From Pocillopora damicornis (Eukaryota), in the NCBI RefSeq assembly GCF_003704095.1, contig NW_020845073.1:1240001-1304000 (forward strand): a stretch of 64,000 nucleotides of DNA. Reading direction: 5' to 3'. This document shows, in pieces, positions 13,801-28,271 of the stretch (the stretch's first letter is position 1; the number at the start of each line of letters is the position of its first letter). Both the position numbers and the translations under genes were made by a program. The notes beneath the pieces were generated by a model. The model did no database searches. It was not told the origin of the DNA and worked only from the letters and a program-made list of their open reading frames with translations.

Positions 13801-14280
13801 TTTTAACACGTGCCACAAATCTACTCAGCCCCCCACCCCCCACCTCACCCCCTACAACTCTGGCGAGGTCTTGAACCTTGCAATGACCTATCTCACCAGT
13901 GAGTCCTCATTTCATGGCGCGGCTGGAGGTCTTTGGTTCTATTTCTTCGAGGGGGAAGAAAGATCTTTTCAATGACTAGCGCTGGTGATAGTATTGAGAC
14001 AGAACAAATAACGTTTCTCCATTACCTTCTTACGGGTGCCAGTTGAACACACCGTGACCATCTGAATCTTGCTTTTGATATGAAGATCATTCTATCTTAA
14101 AAGGGTACCAAAGATCTAATGCGAGCAATTGGAATAAATCAAAATGATTAAAAAAAAGCTAAGTATGGACCGCAAAGCAGTCCCCAAGAAATCATAGTTG
14201 AGCCTGCAAAACATGAAATCTTGACAGCGGTCGTTACATGGAGTATGCGCTCCTCAAGAAATATAATTTCATACACGTCT

Positions 14281-14385
14281 CTGATTGGTCGGTTTAAACC
14301 AACACCGCCAGGGCGGTTTGATTCAAGAATTATTGGACCGACATTTTGATTTTCGACTTGTTATTTGGAAACTCTGTGCCAATTT
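14281..14385 (+). promoter_or_regulatory. Putative KIF23 promoter with CCAAT boxes and CHR-like elements
   Basis: ATTGG at 14284 and 14332, CCAAT at 14379, TTTAAA at 14293, GGCGG at 14312 and TTCAAG (reverse CTTGAA) at 14322, all just upstream of the ATG at 14417. Confidence 0.4.
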
Positions 14386-14416
14386 CTATGGTGGAAATCA
14401 TCTGTTTTAGATAATA

Positions 14417-17400
14417 ATGCGACCAATGTAAGTATAAAACATATTTAAAGTAATTTGATTTGTTGTTTTGATGTTAAACTGCCTCGTGTTTCTGTTTAGC
14501 CCGAAAACTCCTTCTTCGACGAAGACCCCGCGCAGTGCGAAGACACCAAGACGACCTACAGGCAACAAGGATCCTGTCGAGGTAAGGAAAGGAGACTTTT
14601 CATCTAAAGGTCGTATACGTTCCGGTAATTTGTTCGTTTAAGCGACAGCATGAAGGATCTTTGTGAATCTACTGAAGGTATAGTACGTCTGACGCACGAT
14701 GCGCCGGCAAAATGGTTGTTGGGTTTACATGTATCCCTTGTTCAAATTGCCAGTGCGGCACTGAAAACGAGAAGTGTGGCGTAAATTGTGATCCGTTTAA
14801 GATATTCACGTAACAAAACAGGGTACATGTTCCAGAATTGTGTCAAAGAAACACAATCGGAAGTAAGTGTGATAGCTAGCTAAAGCAACAATGCCTCCAT
14901 GACCTGCTGAATTCGAAAAGTAAATATGAAAGTCCGCAAGCCTCTTCTGCGATGGTACTACAATCTTGCAGGGTAATATAAGACGCAGATGCAAGATGAA
15001 TGTTATCCAAATCCTTCGTTATTTCTAGGTGTATTGCCGAATCAGACCTCTCGGCAACAATGAAGAAGAATCTTGCGTTCACATTATCAGCGATACTGTG
15101 TTAAAGCTAACAGCGCCAAAGGTAAGCACAATGACGTGTGTACCATGAACAGCTTGTATGAATAGAGCATCTTGATCCAAAGCCTGAAGTTTTTACAGCA
15201 TTAGACATGTAGAATAGCTATGCGAGACGGTTCAAAAAATAAGAAAAGGGGAAAAAACGGTATTTTGTGCATCTGTGCTTTTTAGAAGGTTTGGTATTCT
15301 GCTTTTACTCAGCAATTTTCCTGTTTTGGTATGAAGTTGGGGTAAACATTTCAACGGAGTGATTGAAACATACGTGAATTTTAAAATGCTTTAAATCTTA
15401 GAATAAGTGTCTCTCCTCACTAAAGGTCCCCTTTCGAGTACTGATGTGCACAGATTTTCCTGTTTCTTTGTGAAGCTCATATGGGAAAAAATAACTGATT
15501 GGTTGTACAGCTTCCTTTCAGATGTTGGATTGACCATATTGTTACCACTGGGTTACATCTAGATAATATTCTGATGAAATTCTCTTCCAGAATTCTGCAG
15601 GATACAAGTCTGGCCACCGAATAGAGGTAAGTAGGAAAATCTCAATTTAATAGCATCATGTGTGAAAAATGCATGTAGATATTAAAAGTGGAAATGCAAT
15701 GGATCAGAACCACTTTGTCACACCAGAACAGTTCAACCGATCAATACACTGTATAAGTAACTTAGCTAAGATGTCTCACAATCTCTTAACAGAGTTCATA
15801 TGAAAGTGTTTATTATCATTCTAAACCCAGACACAACATACATTCAAAAAGATTTATGATGAGAAGACATCCCAGAAGGTGCTTTATGATAATGTGGCCA
15901 TGCCCTTGGTTGATGATTTAATTCATGGTAAAAATGGTAAGTATTAGATTTACACTTGGTGTGCTTTCAAAGGCAAACAAGTTGACTTTTACTGCTACTA
16001 ATTTTCTTAGATTGAGAAACCTCTGTATATTCTGGACAACAAAATCAACCAGCTAGAGTTTTATTTAGCATTTTTAAAAACTCTGAAATACATGAATGGG
16101 AATCATAGATTTAGCTGGTGGGAAAATTCAGAACAATGTTTCATCATCCAAGTTGAGGCTGTATGCCAAAATTGAGTCAGTCTTAAGTGATTGCAGAAAA
16201 TGACCAAAATCTCAAAGGAAATGTGTAATATGTTATACCCCTCAGTTCGAGTTGTTGCATGTTTCTCTGTGTCCAAATAGAGACATGTTTATATACCTCA
16301 CTGTGAGTGATTATGGTGATATTAAAACACCTTTTAAAAGCTTAACACATGGCTTACAGTACCCCTCAAAAGTAAGTCCCTCAAGACTTGATCCTCACTT
16401 TTTTCAATCCTCAGTTTTTCAAAAACTTTGAGGATTGAATCACATTTTGAGATGTTCAAGTCAAGTTTCAAGAGGCTTGAAACAAAGAAAGAGAGCAAGT
16501 TTGAAAAATTTTTAATTACTTAGTTGACTTGGTTAAGAGACTTGTTGAAACTCTTGGGGTTACCAGTTCCTGATGGCACTGTCTTTGTGCTTCCTTCTAA
16601 TCACAGGTTTGATATTTGCTTATGGTATCACTGGGTCTGGTAAGACACACACCATGACAGGAATGCCCAGTGACAGTGGCTTGCTTCCAAGGTGTTTAGA
16701 TGTCATCTTTAACTCTATTGGAGAATTGCAGGCTCCTAAATATGTAAGTTATAAATGGTTTTCCATGGCAAGATAGGATATATTTATTGTAAGTTGCCTA
16801 ATTGATGAAGAAATGGTATTCTTGTTTACATGTACTTGTTTTATTGTATAGAATAACTCTGTAATTTAGCGTGTTTTATTTCCATTTGCTGTAAGTTTAC
16901 CAGTAGAGCAGTATATCCTTTTGCTTTAATTGTGTACAATTTAAAATCAATCAGAAGATGTTACTGCATTTATATGATTGTATGATTTAAAAATATTTTA
17001 GCTGATTTTTTTAACTGTGAATAGTATGGTCTATGACCATGTTAAAAATATAATCATGTAACCAAGAACTCTTTTGCTTTTTATGTACATTTGGCTATAA
17101 TTATGATGATAGTGGCTAAATTATTTTTCAAGTGACACTGGATATTTTCTCTTCTACTGCATTTTCATCAGTTAGAGATAACTTTTCAATAACAGTCACC
17201 AAAATATAACTTTCTCTGGGTATTCTTCTCCTTTTAGGTCTTTAAACCAGACAAATCCAATGGCATTGAAATACAAACAGAACTTGAAGCAAAACTTGAG
17301 AAAGAAAAACGTGTAAAAGAAGCTGCTCTCCAGGCAGCTCAAGGAGGTAGAAACAGGTAAAGGGAACAGCATTCTTTTGGAATAATTGATATATTAAGTA

Positions 17401-20400
17401 CATATCAGTTTGGTCTGATACTGATAACGTCTCAATTGCATGCACAAACCTTATAATGAGAGCCCAGTTTGGATTAAACTTTGACTATTTTAACCAGAGT
17501 GACTGAGTCTGGTATAGTACAGTGGTGGGGTAAAAATAGTAGGCAGTCATCAGAAGATAAAGGGTTCAACCCTTGTTGGGAATAGGGCCACAATGATCTG
17601 ATTGTTTAAGCCACACAGACTCTTTTTGTTTCTATCTAGTTCAGTTTATATACAACTTATTCTAAAACTGGAAGGAAGACCTAAAAATCTACCCATGGAA
17701 TAGCAAACCTTTGATAAATTTCTTTCTTTAGTTAGTAGAAAGCAGTATCAATCAGAACTCCTGATCTTAAAAAGATACAGCAGCTTTAAGATAATACAAG
17801 TCAGCAGCTGACATAATTTTACTTTACTTGTTGGTACTCCCTTCTTGTACATTTACATTAATTTTCTTTTTTTCTGTGATTTTTAATGATGTTCATCCAG
17901 GAATGCTGATAATGACTTTGCTGATCTCATAAGAGTAGCTGAGACAGGAGTTATTTCTGGAGTGAGTGAGATTTATTTATTTCTGTTTTAACAGAGCACA
18001 ATGATGACAATTATTTTTTGTCTTACTTTCCTCTGAAAGTGCATGTGAGCAAGGATTGCAATAAGTGCAATAGTGCCAGTTACTATCATGGTTGATACTT
18101 ATCTCTTGTCGTGGAATTTTACTCATGGGTCAATTTGCTGATAGCACCAATTGAGCTAATTCAGGTTTAAAGTAGCAGTTATAGTAACATTCAGTTTATA
18201 TACATGTATAGTTCTTGTAAGCAAGCAACCTGGTCCATGAATAAAGGGGGCAAGTTTCTGAAGAAACTGTGGCACTGCATCAATAAGAGAGTATAATAGG
18301 GTAATTAAGTATAATCAACTGAGTTGATAACATAAATTGGCCACCAAAAGGAATTTTATAGCTGATGTTTCGAGGGTCAGTCAATGTTACATCTTAAGTT
18401 TAAATAAGTGCAATCCAAGTGGTATAGACTATACAGACATTTACAACCTGCTTCAAAGATTATATATCACAACTTTATTTGCAGGTGGATGAGGATAACA
18501 GCTATGCAGTGTTTGTGTCATACTTTGAAATATACAACAATTACATTTATGATCTGCTTGATGAGACTCCTGTGGATCCCATTTGTCCAAAGTAAGTTGA
18601 CCTCACACACTGGTATTGAAACAACTAAGATTTATGCATTGTCATCTTGTGCATATACAACCATTGTTTTGTTGTGGTTGCCTTTCATTTCTAGTGTCTG
18701 AAAGATTTGTTATCCTGCTTGCACAAACAATTTACACACAGTATTACTGTGTTAGGTAGTAACCTATATATCATAACTAAGTTCAAGACGGTACTTCTCC
18801 AAGTGCATTTAAGTATTGATTAATTGTGCCCTTTGATTTTACAGACCACCAGTTTCAAAAAATCTTAGAGAAGACATGAATCGTAACATGTATGTCAGTG
18901 GTGTCACAGAAATTGAAGTCAAAAGCACAGAAGAGGCTTACAGCATATTCTGGAAAGGTGAGTAACCAGTACTTTTAGAGACATCTCAGGGAAAGATTTT
19001 CTATTAATTCCAATTAAAACAATTCTGTATTTCAGAGGTAGTAAGCTTCCATTTTTGACTGTAAACTTGTATACAAGTGCATATCTACATCTGTCTTGCA
19101 TGTAAAATTATTAAAAATTTACTTTCTATGGAACCTCCTAGGCCAAAAGAAAAGGCGTGTCGCCAACACAGTACTGAATCGTGAGTCCAGTAGGAGCCAC
19201 AGTGTGTTTGCCATCAAACTTGTACAAGCACCATTAGATCCTGACGGTGAAGAGGTCTTGCAGGTAAAACATTGGTTTAGTTGATTTTTAAATTCACTTC
19301 ACCTAGATTCCTACAGAAAAACAGTGAAGAACATTCTTAAGCATTCAAATGGTTGACCATGTTTTAAACATATCTCCTGAGCAGGACAAAAATCAGATTG
19401 CTGTAGCCACATTATCACTGTGTGATCTAGCAGGGTCTGAGAGGACAAATAGGACCAGAGCTGGTGGAGACAGACTGCGAGAAGCAGGTAAATTCCACTT
19501 TGATACAGGGTTGTAAACTTTTTCACAGCTGGCTCAAGATATGGGATACATTGTGAGGATCAAGTATTGAGAGTTGTCAAAATAAGTAGGCAACCGGCAA
19601 ATTTCGCCATCTACTTTGAAAAACATGCTGGCTATTCCAAATGCTTGTGGTTCAATTTTTAACATGGAAGCATGACATTGTGCTGCCTTCATGTACTTTT
19701 AATTGCAGTCCATTAACCCAAATCTTTATGACAACCCTGAGTATTTCATCAACTTGAACCAAATATTTTCCTGTTTGCCACAACCTCTCAGTTTGAGTTT
19801 TTACAGAGTTTTTCAGGGAATTCTCAGGAATGCTTTAGTTTTTTTTTTATGTATGTACCAGGGTTGCTAGCTCATAATATTAAAATCTGGTCAAGGTACT
19901 GGCAAAGTCCCTAGAGTTGCCACACTTAAAGTCTATGTGAAATAACTAACACACATTTTTGTATATTATATTGTCTCCCACTTGATTTCACCTTTTCGTA
20001 TATAATGAATCAGTTCTTTTTCAAGTATGTCAAAAGGGTGAAGAACTTTCCCCAGCAAAAGGTAACAGCAGGGCAAAAGGAAACATAAAAACCTCTCTTA
20101 ATCTTGTCATGTTGCTACCATACCATTCCTTTTTAAGTTTTGCAAGATGAAGGTGAACAATCATAATCGTGTGAATTTATCTAAGGATGAATCTCTCGCT
20201 CTCATTAGGTAACATCAATGCATCCTTGATGACATTAAGAACTTGTATGGAGGTTCTAAGAGAGAACCAAGCAAATGCTGAGAATGGTGTTTCTCCAAAG
20301 GTAGTTTGCTTTCATAATATTTACAATACTGGTAAATGAGTTAAATGTGCACTTTAGAGGGTACACACTCCTTGGTGCTGTGTGCACTGATTATTTGTTA

Positions 20401-22862
20401 AAATTTTTTGATTTCTTCAGATTGTCCCCTATAGAGACACAAAGTTGACTCATCTGTTTAAGAATTTCTTTGACGGAGAAGGAAAGGTAAGAAAAAAGCC
20501 ATACCTATTGCTTCTCAAGGGAAAGTTTGTCATAAGGAGAAACCAACATTCCTTTAATAATTTAATATACATATGGATATAATCTAATGGGCTTTAAAAC
20601 AACTGAAATAAAATAGGTAAATCTAACAATTAAAAACTAAACAAATTGGTATCTGCAGATCTCACCATCATGGAAATTACTATGTCAAGATTCCTTTGCT
20701 ATTCAGCAGTTTCCACCTTAATTTTTCTGGCAGTAAATGTGATGTGATCTGCTGCCAGAAATAACCATTCTAGAAGCACACAATTTGTTAATGGAGGAGT
20801 TTGACAAAAACAAAATATCCTTCGCATATTTATCCTGTTAAACCAATCTTGAAGACCTTGTTTTATAATTATATCTTTGTGAATATTGATCTCCAATTTA
20901 CTATCTTTTTGGATTGATGATGTTTGCTTCTCTCCAGGTGCGCATGGTGGTCTGTTTAAACCCCAATGCTGATGATTATGATGAGAGTGTGGTAAGAGGC
21001 CCAAAAACAATTTTTGTACAACTTGTACAGTCACAGTTTTATGTTTTGGACTTCGGAACAGATTAAATTTACTTATCTCTTTTAATGGAGTGTCTTTTGT
21101 ATCACTTCAGCATGTCATGAAATTTGCAGAAGTTACACAAGATGTTGTTATAGCCAGACCAGAGTCAGTCAGGTAAAATTGCTGTAGTTCAAATACTGTG
21201 CTTCTCAAATGACGAACCTGTTTTAAATTAAAATTTGTCTATTGAAGCAAGAAATATCTCAAATAGCAAGTGTACCTATAGATTAAAACTAAAACAATTA
21301 AAGTGATTGCTCAAAGATCTCATTTTGAACTTTCACTTTGACTTGCAAAAGGTATCGAGTAGGCCAAACTAATTCAAACTCCACTCTTTTTTAATCTTTA
21401 CCTTATTCTTTAGTTTGGTTTAGCAAGAGACAGAGTGGCTCAGCATTCAACTGAACCTTGAATGTTATATCCACAGGCTAAATTATTTGTTTATCTGTGT
21501 TCACAACAATTACAAGAACTTCCATTGTACTGTTCTATTTCTTGCTTGTTTAGATTTGACACTGGACTAACTCCAGGAAGAAGAAGAGGTATGTTTCAGT
21601 TGACAATTTTACACAATCTATGTACTTGTACATGTATCATTGATCCTTCCTTCCTTCTCATTTGCCTTTCAATACTTTTTAAAAAATATTTATTGATTTG
21701 TATCAGGGGTGTTTCCCTGCTGATTTTTCCTCTTATAATCTTTTAGCAAATCAAATGTACAAGGAAGTTCTAGCAAAGGTTGAAGAAAGTAATGGTATGT
21801 ACACTTAAATACTTTGTCTAATTTTAAAACATTTTTTCTATTGGAGCAGAAATAAAGGAAGTAATTCTTGATAGGAAACAAAGCTGACTTCAACTTATCA
21901 GTATATTTATCCACCTTTTCATTGAAGAATCATGCAAAGTCATCTGTGGACTGGTATATTAAATTTACAGGTGATGGTGAAACTGTGATTGTAGCCAAGC
22001 CAGTTCATACCATGGGACCACCTTTCCCTCTATTTGAGGTAAGTTGTACTGTTTTGGACTGTTTTCAAATGCAGGTATTGTAAGTAGTGAAGTGAATTTA
22101 TGATGAGGCTCCATGTGCAATGATGAAGATGTGATTTTCCATTTGGTTTCTTTAGTTGTTGTTGTTGTGTTTTTTTATCAGTTGAATTCTCCAGAAGATA
22201 GCACAACACTGGTAAATTTGATGCACTACCTTCAAGATAGACAAAGACGGCGACAAACCCTTATTGATGATTTGTCAAGAAAAGGTATTGTCTATAGAAT
22301 TTGTTGCACGTGATGCAAATGTTGACTCAAACACTGGAAATTGAGATACTAGTATTTCTTTTTAAATTAACAATCTACCAGTTTTGAGTCTTTTCATACC
22401 TTTTGAGCCCTTATTTCAATTTTATGTCACAGAGGGAGTTTTCAGGGCTCATCTATTGGCATTGGAAAAAGAAAACAGTCAAGCAAATGGAGTAAGTTAG
22501 AACAGCCAGGTGCTGTCAGAGTCATTTTCATTGTTTCAAATGTCTTGTTTTGTCTTGAGTATCAAATATAATTGCAATATTTTTCTGGGTATTTGTTAGA
22601 TTGTAGCAAGCCTTAAAGCAACAATTGAGGAGAAAGACAGGTATGATTTGCTAATCTTCATTTCAAACTATATCATTTCCTTTATAGAAGTATTTTCCAT
22701 GTCCTTCACCTGTAAAGTGAACTTGAAAATATAAATAAAATGTTGAGAAAATAACGCGGTGACCCTCTTTCCAGAGATATTCAGAAACTTGAAAGAAGGC
22801 TGAAGGCGCTAACACAAAAGGTACAATAATTTTTGTTGTTGTTCTTCTCCTTCTTTTTCTTC

Positions 22863-22905
<43 letters not shown>

Positions 22906-25900
22906 TTATTATTGGTGTTTTTATCAAGTGACCGGTAACGATCAGTGTGTCATTAGAGGAAGCTAGGAAATGACGATCTTTCTGAATAATTCTCTCTTTA
23001 AGAACGAGATGCTTCAGAAGACGGCAGAGATGTACGAACAAGACAAGAAAGAACTACGATATGAGGTACGTAATTTTATATTTTATTGCGAGAACCACAT
23101 GACGAACGTCAAAACTGGCCCTTTCCATTTGCCTATCAGTCAGTGGAAAAGAAGTAAACACTGAGGACTAACGGAGCTGGTTCTGGTCTTTTTTTCTGTC
23201 TTTTGAGTCAATCAGTTTTAAGACTTCTCGGTACCGGAATTATCCGCGTAATATGAGAGAATTTTAGTGCCAATTCAGAGGTTTCCAGAAAAGCTGTTTA
23301 CCGGTGGTCCACAACCGCCATCTGTTAAGCCTGCGATCAGGCTTTCGTGTTTGTGTTTCGCCTGACTGAAACCCTCGCTCATCATTGGAAACATAAGTGC
23401 AAAGTATTTCCCAATACTTTTTGAGGAAGCGCAACTCGAACCCGCTTGGCTGCGTAGGGTGGAGTTTTTGTGCTCCATTTGCACCGGCCAGTATCAGTTC
23501 TTCCGGTTGAGTCAAACCTGGAAAAACGGAAGGTACTCCATAATATCTATATCAGATCCTGAATCCTCTTTGGAAGCCACACTTTCTTGAAGTTGAGGTT
23601 TAAGAAATCCTTAGAGGAAATCTGACGCAGTAGTTTTGTTCATCTTAAACAGATGAAAGTATAGAAAACATTTTTCAGCTTTGCGAAATTTGCTTCGGTA
23701 ATTAGCATAAATAAGACAGGGAAAACTACGCAAGGTACTGCGCATACCGGAGACGTAGACATAAGTTCGTCAGTGAACATCTAACGACAGTTTAGTTGGT
23801 GTGTATTGACGATAACGTGAACATCTTTCTTAGCTGGATGATCAGAAGAAAAGAGCAGACAAAGAGAAGACCGACAAACTTAAAATGCGCCAGGTAAGAA
23901 TTGTCAGTTGACAAGTTACATCTGGTGCTTCCAACTTGAAAGATTGGAATAATAAAATTGGACTTTGAGTTGTTCGTTTGCAAGACTCACCGATTGATGG
24001 ATGGGACATACTATGCAAGAGTTACTTTTGGCCAGTGATCGGTTGTATCGGTAGGTCAGCGCACAGGGCGGTCCATTCAGACAGTAATTGCAGTTTCTCA
24101 ACATGCTGAGGAGACAGGCAACATAATTGCTTCCTATCAGCCATGCACTTTGCTCTACTTTGTTGTAAACCTTATGAAAGAGTTATTGAATTTTGGCGAT
24201 AAAAATGCAATCGTTATATACGTTTATGAATAACATACAGCGATAAATATGTATATATTTTTTTTTGTCTTTTTTTTCCTTTGGTTTTGCTTAGGCCTTG
24301 AAAGGAGTTGTGTCACAAGAAAAGGGAAAATGGGAACGGGAGTGTGTAAGTAAAATTTCTGGGTGCTTTTAAATACTATTCAATTCATGTTTATTTTTGT
24401 TAGTTTTAGAATTATGGGATTAAGGGAAAGTGATAGTCGATCGAACTTCACTCGTGCCTTAAGAAAAGAAATAAATTTTCGTTCTCGTTTGAGTAATTTT
24501 TAGGAAATTTTTCAGTCGTTCCTACGTTTGTGTGATTTCTGGCTCTTTTTTTAGTCGAAACGCGTCAAGGACAAGGAAATGGAGATGCAGGCCAAAATGT
24601 GGCAGAAAGAGGAAAAACTAAGACAACTCAAGGAGATTGTGCAGGTACGTTGCTTTGTACAACCTATCTGTGCTTCACCGTGTTCTTTATCTCGTCACTA
24701 TCAACTATATCGGTCCTTGGCAATTATTATTATTATTATTATTTCATCTGTTACTTTGTTGTTTGAAAAAAGAGAAATTCACGTAGGATTAAAATTTACG
24801 TGGAGAGGATTAAGTATAAATCTCATTTTTTTCCTCTTCAGAATATGAAGACGAATGACTCGGGTCCTGTTACTCGTGCTCAACTTAAAGCCGCCTCCAT
24901 GCCTAGATCGAAGTCTCCACCGCCTGTTTCCAGAAAGGTAACTCGATATTAGTTACGAAAAATACATCCAGATTTGCGCGGTTTGTGTCATCATTGATAA
25001 AAATTTCTCTTCTTCGTGTTTCAGCCTCCGATCAAATCTCGTCACAGACGATCCAAGTCTTCGGATTGTTGGATAGAGCACAAACCCTTGACTCACCTAG
25101 AAACAGGTACTAGTAGTATGCGTGAATGCGAAAATGTATAGTTATGGTATGGAACACCAGGATGTGCAATACTAAACGGGTAACATAATACAACATCCTC
25201 TCTTTTTCTCTTTTCTCTCTTTTTCTGTTCTCTGTTTGGTCTCACCAAAAATATATTCAATGTCGCCAGTTACAATGTTAACGAACAGCACGTCTCTGTT
25301 TTAGACTACAACCCTTGTCTGTTAACAAAATTTCTTTCACGTGACAGGCACAGTAATGAAACCGTCGATAAAGAACAAGAAAACCGTTGCCAGGCCTGGT
25401 GAGAAGGACTTCAAAGACACTAATGTAAGTACGGTATCCTTAGTGTCTCTTCATTCACAAGGCATACAACCGCCTCTTTAGAAAGTTTTCAGTTCATGTA
25501 CACGAAGCAATTTGTCTTTTTTGTCTCAATTTCCTCTGGAAAGCCTTTTCTAATTAGTTTTCTGGATGCCTTTTTTCCGAAATTTAAGTATGACGTGATT
25601 ATCTCCGATAAGAGCTTTTCCATCCAATGTTAAATTGCTATGTACTCTGAAATCTTCTTGCACCTCTAGTTTTTATTGTTACATGATAAGGTATTTGGAT
25701 GTGTTCCTTATTTGTGTAGGCCACAAACTATGTTTTAGCCCACCAAGAGGAAGATTCTGCTGGTGAAATTGAGACTAAGTTGATCAAAGTGAGTTAAAAC
25801 TTTTCTATGGAAGACTTTGAACCACTTGCTTAATTTTTCGAATATTTTCATGTGTTACCGTTTTCATTCATTAGAATAGATCAAGTACCCTTTTTTGATT

Positions 25901-27211
25901 GAAACAAAGGAAGGGGTCACTTCACTTACATGTACTGTAATCGTAAACCCTTGTTGCCATATGTTCGTCTGGATCGCCCCGGTTATTCCAAGTTATGCTC
26001 AGGAAATCGGAAAGTTTGCGTGTCGAAATCAGGCCAATGACCACTAACTATACGGAGGATTGGTGCAACCACCATTCCCTGGAAAGACCTTATTTTTTGC
26101 TCATGCTGGTTTCGTACATTTTCCGTGGTCTTCCGAGTCATATAGGAAACCAGGGCGATCGGTAGGATGCGAGCGATCATATGGAAACCAGACGTGAATG
26201 CTGGGTAGAACGCCTATCAATTGAAATTCGTAACATCAGACTAAACTAATCACAACTGCGGTCAGAACAAAAGTATATGTCACAGGAAGCCAATTAGAAC
26301 TAAAACAAAACCAGTGTTATCGCCCTAAGTGTGGGAAAATACGAGTACAAGTCTATTAGTTTATTAAGGTTTGCATATTATAAATTGAGATTATGGCTAT
26401 GTTGATATTTATCTCCTTCAATAAATTGCTTGTCAAGTACGACGAGCTCCTTACACGAGTGTAACTAAACTGCAGGGAGACGTGTACAAGACTGTGGGAG
26501 GAGGTCACTGCATCCAGTTTACAGAGGTGGAAACTTTGAAAACAAGATCTGACGAGCTAACTAGTCCGGGACGGTAAGTGCAACAAGCTATGTTTTGTTG
26601 ATAAAGACGAGGATTCTGCCGAAACTTTTTTAAATCAAGGGACCCTTTATACAAATAAATGAGACGGATGTAGAATTGGCAGGGTGGAACTGTAATGGAT
26701 TACTTTGTCGCTTGATATTGTTTCTGACTCTCACATTGACTACCTGTGAAAGATCATGGACGCGGAATCTTGAAGACGAAATTCGTGAGGGTAACTAACG
26801 ATGGATTGGTGTCACAACCAGAGGAGTAGTTACAGCCTTTCTACAGAAAGGATGTGAATACTTCTCTCAATATCCTACCTGAGTCCGGAATACTTTGACC
26901 CAAGGCTTGGCAGTGGAGTGATACATGATTCTGTCTTCTACTTCTTGGATAATTTACTTTAATTTACATATTTTTTTGTGAACAGAAAACGACACGCGTC
27001 TGACTCGATCGATGATGAGAGCCATTCCAGCTGGACTGATGTGGAAACAAGGGTAGGAGACCAATTGATGGGTCTTCATTTCTCCCTCGTTTAAAGTCAT
27101 TCTAAACGCAGGGATACTCAACAAACTTTGCTTTTTTTATTTCAGTGTTCAACGGCAATCGAAGGCAGACCTAGGACTGGACCCAGTTATTGTCACACTG
27201 CAGCTAAGTAA
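14417..27211 (+). CDS. KIF23: Kinesin-6 family KIF23/MKLP1/Pavarotti (centralspindlin motor), about 30 small exons
   Basis: Spliced translation gives [13 protein letters not shown], the P-loop [16 protein letters not shown], switch [12 protein letters not shown], switch [36 protein letters not shown], a coiled coil, [15 protein letters not shown], the tail [25 protein letters not shown] and WTDVETRCSTAIEG. Stop at 27209-27211. Confidence 0.95.
18250..18382. repeat. Partial, degenerate copy of the repeat family at 41886-42135
   Basis: aactgagttgataacataaattggccacc..gctgatgtttcgag matches the left arm of the 41886 palindrome; gaagaaactgtggcactgc matches its flank in reverse. Confidence 0.7.
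22863..22912. repeat. (TTA)n microsatellite in a KIF23 intron
   Basis: tattattatt... run. Confidence 0.95.
23117..23538. mobile_element. MITE-like insertion in a KIF23 intron
   Basis: Imperfect terminal inverted repeats (ggccctttccattt.. / ..aaaacggaaggtac) around a non-coding interior. Confidence 0.4.
25953..26189. mobile_element. MITE-like element with terminal inverted repeats in a KIF23 intron
   Basis: gttgccatatgttcgtc.ggatcgccc ... gggcgatc...gcgatcatatggaaac. Confidence 0.55.
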
Positions 27212-28142
27212 GTCCAAAAATAAAGCGAGTCGTTTGTCACATGAATAGACAAGTAACGTCTCCCTCTCTTTAGCCGTTGGTGTATAATACTCCAAAAAGT
27301 CCTGTCTTTAAATGTATGTGGATAATACCGAACAGCTGTGGCCTTTATTGAGAGTTTCGTGCATTCCTTTTACGAGAATCTGTGCTTTTAGCACCTCGCG
27401 CCTTGATCGCATTAAGAAAATAAATAAAATAACCAAAATTTTTTACCCTCGAGAAATATGACATCCTCAGGTTGACATTTCCTTGGTCGACACTGGTTAG
27501 AAAAGGAAGGAAACCTATTTTAAGTCAGGAAAAGAATGTTTTGAGTCTGATTAAATTAAAATGATCTTCACTCATTTGCTGTGATCGTTCAGTTTTGTAT
27601 TGTAATATGTGGTACAATGTTAGCGAGTAGGAAACACGTCTGTAAGAGTCAGGGAATGTTGATAATTATTGCCTATGACAAGCCTGGTAAAATTTGTTTA
27701 ACATACTTCCCACGTTATGACTAGTAAGCTCTTTCTATTAAATGCATGCCTGTTTTATGGAAAGGGAAACATAAGAAATCACGCCAATAGAGTTCATCCA
27801 GTGAAACTGCTAACCCGATACAGTAATACGCGGTTCCTGGTTCCGAGAACTTACCTGTTCTCTCTTTGATTCCACAGGAAAAAGAAGCCCTAGAGATGTC
27901 ACTTCTGCAATGTGTCGGGTGGTTTCTTGTACAAATATTGTGCGTCCTCTGCTGTGGCGGGATCAAGACTCGAGACTGACGAGAAACATAAATTACCTTG
28001 CTAATTGATTTCGATCGTCAAACTATGATGTGGACATTTATTTGCCCATAGCTTAAAGAAATAGTTTTAACAAATGAAATCCCTTGTAAATGAACCCCTC
28101 CTTCGGAGCGAAAGTCAAGGATATCAAATAAAGCTTCTTTCC

Positions 28143-28271
28143 AACGGTCATGATAGTTGGTAATAGTTTCAACTTTCATTCGCTATCATTAACTATCATG
28201 TTTGCTTTCAAACGGCTCATGACAGTAGATGGTAGTGGTAGTTGAAACTATCATCAACTATCATGACCGTT
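28143..28271. repeat. Palindromic (foldback) element
   Basis: aacggtcatgatagttggtaatagtttcaact ... agttgaaactatcatcaactatcatgaccgtt. Confidence 0.8.

Noticed and set aside
17510-17580. tRNA-like A-box/B-box sequence in a KIF23 intron
   Set aside because: No convincing cloverleaf; at most a decayed SINE head.
16913-25441. U12-type donor-like ATATCCTT/GTATCCTT strings (16913, 25434)
   Set aside because: Both lie inside introns already explained by canonical in-phase GTAAG donors.
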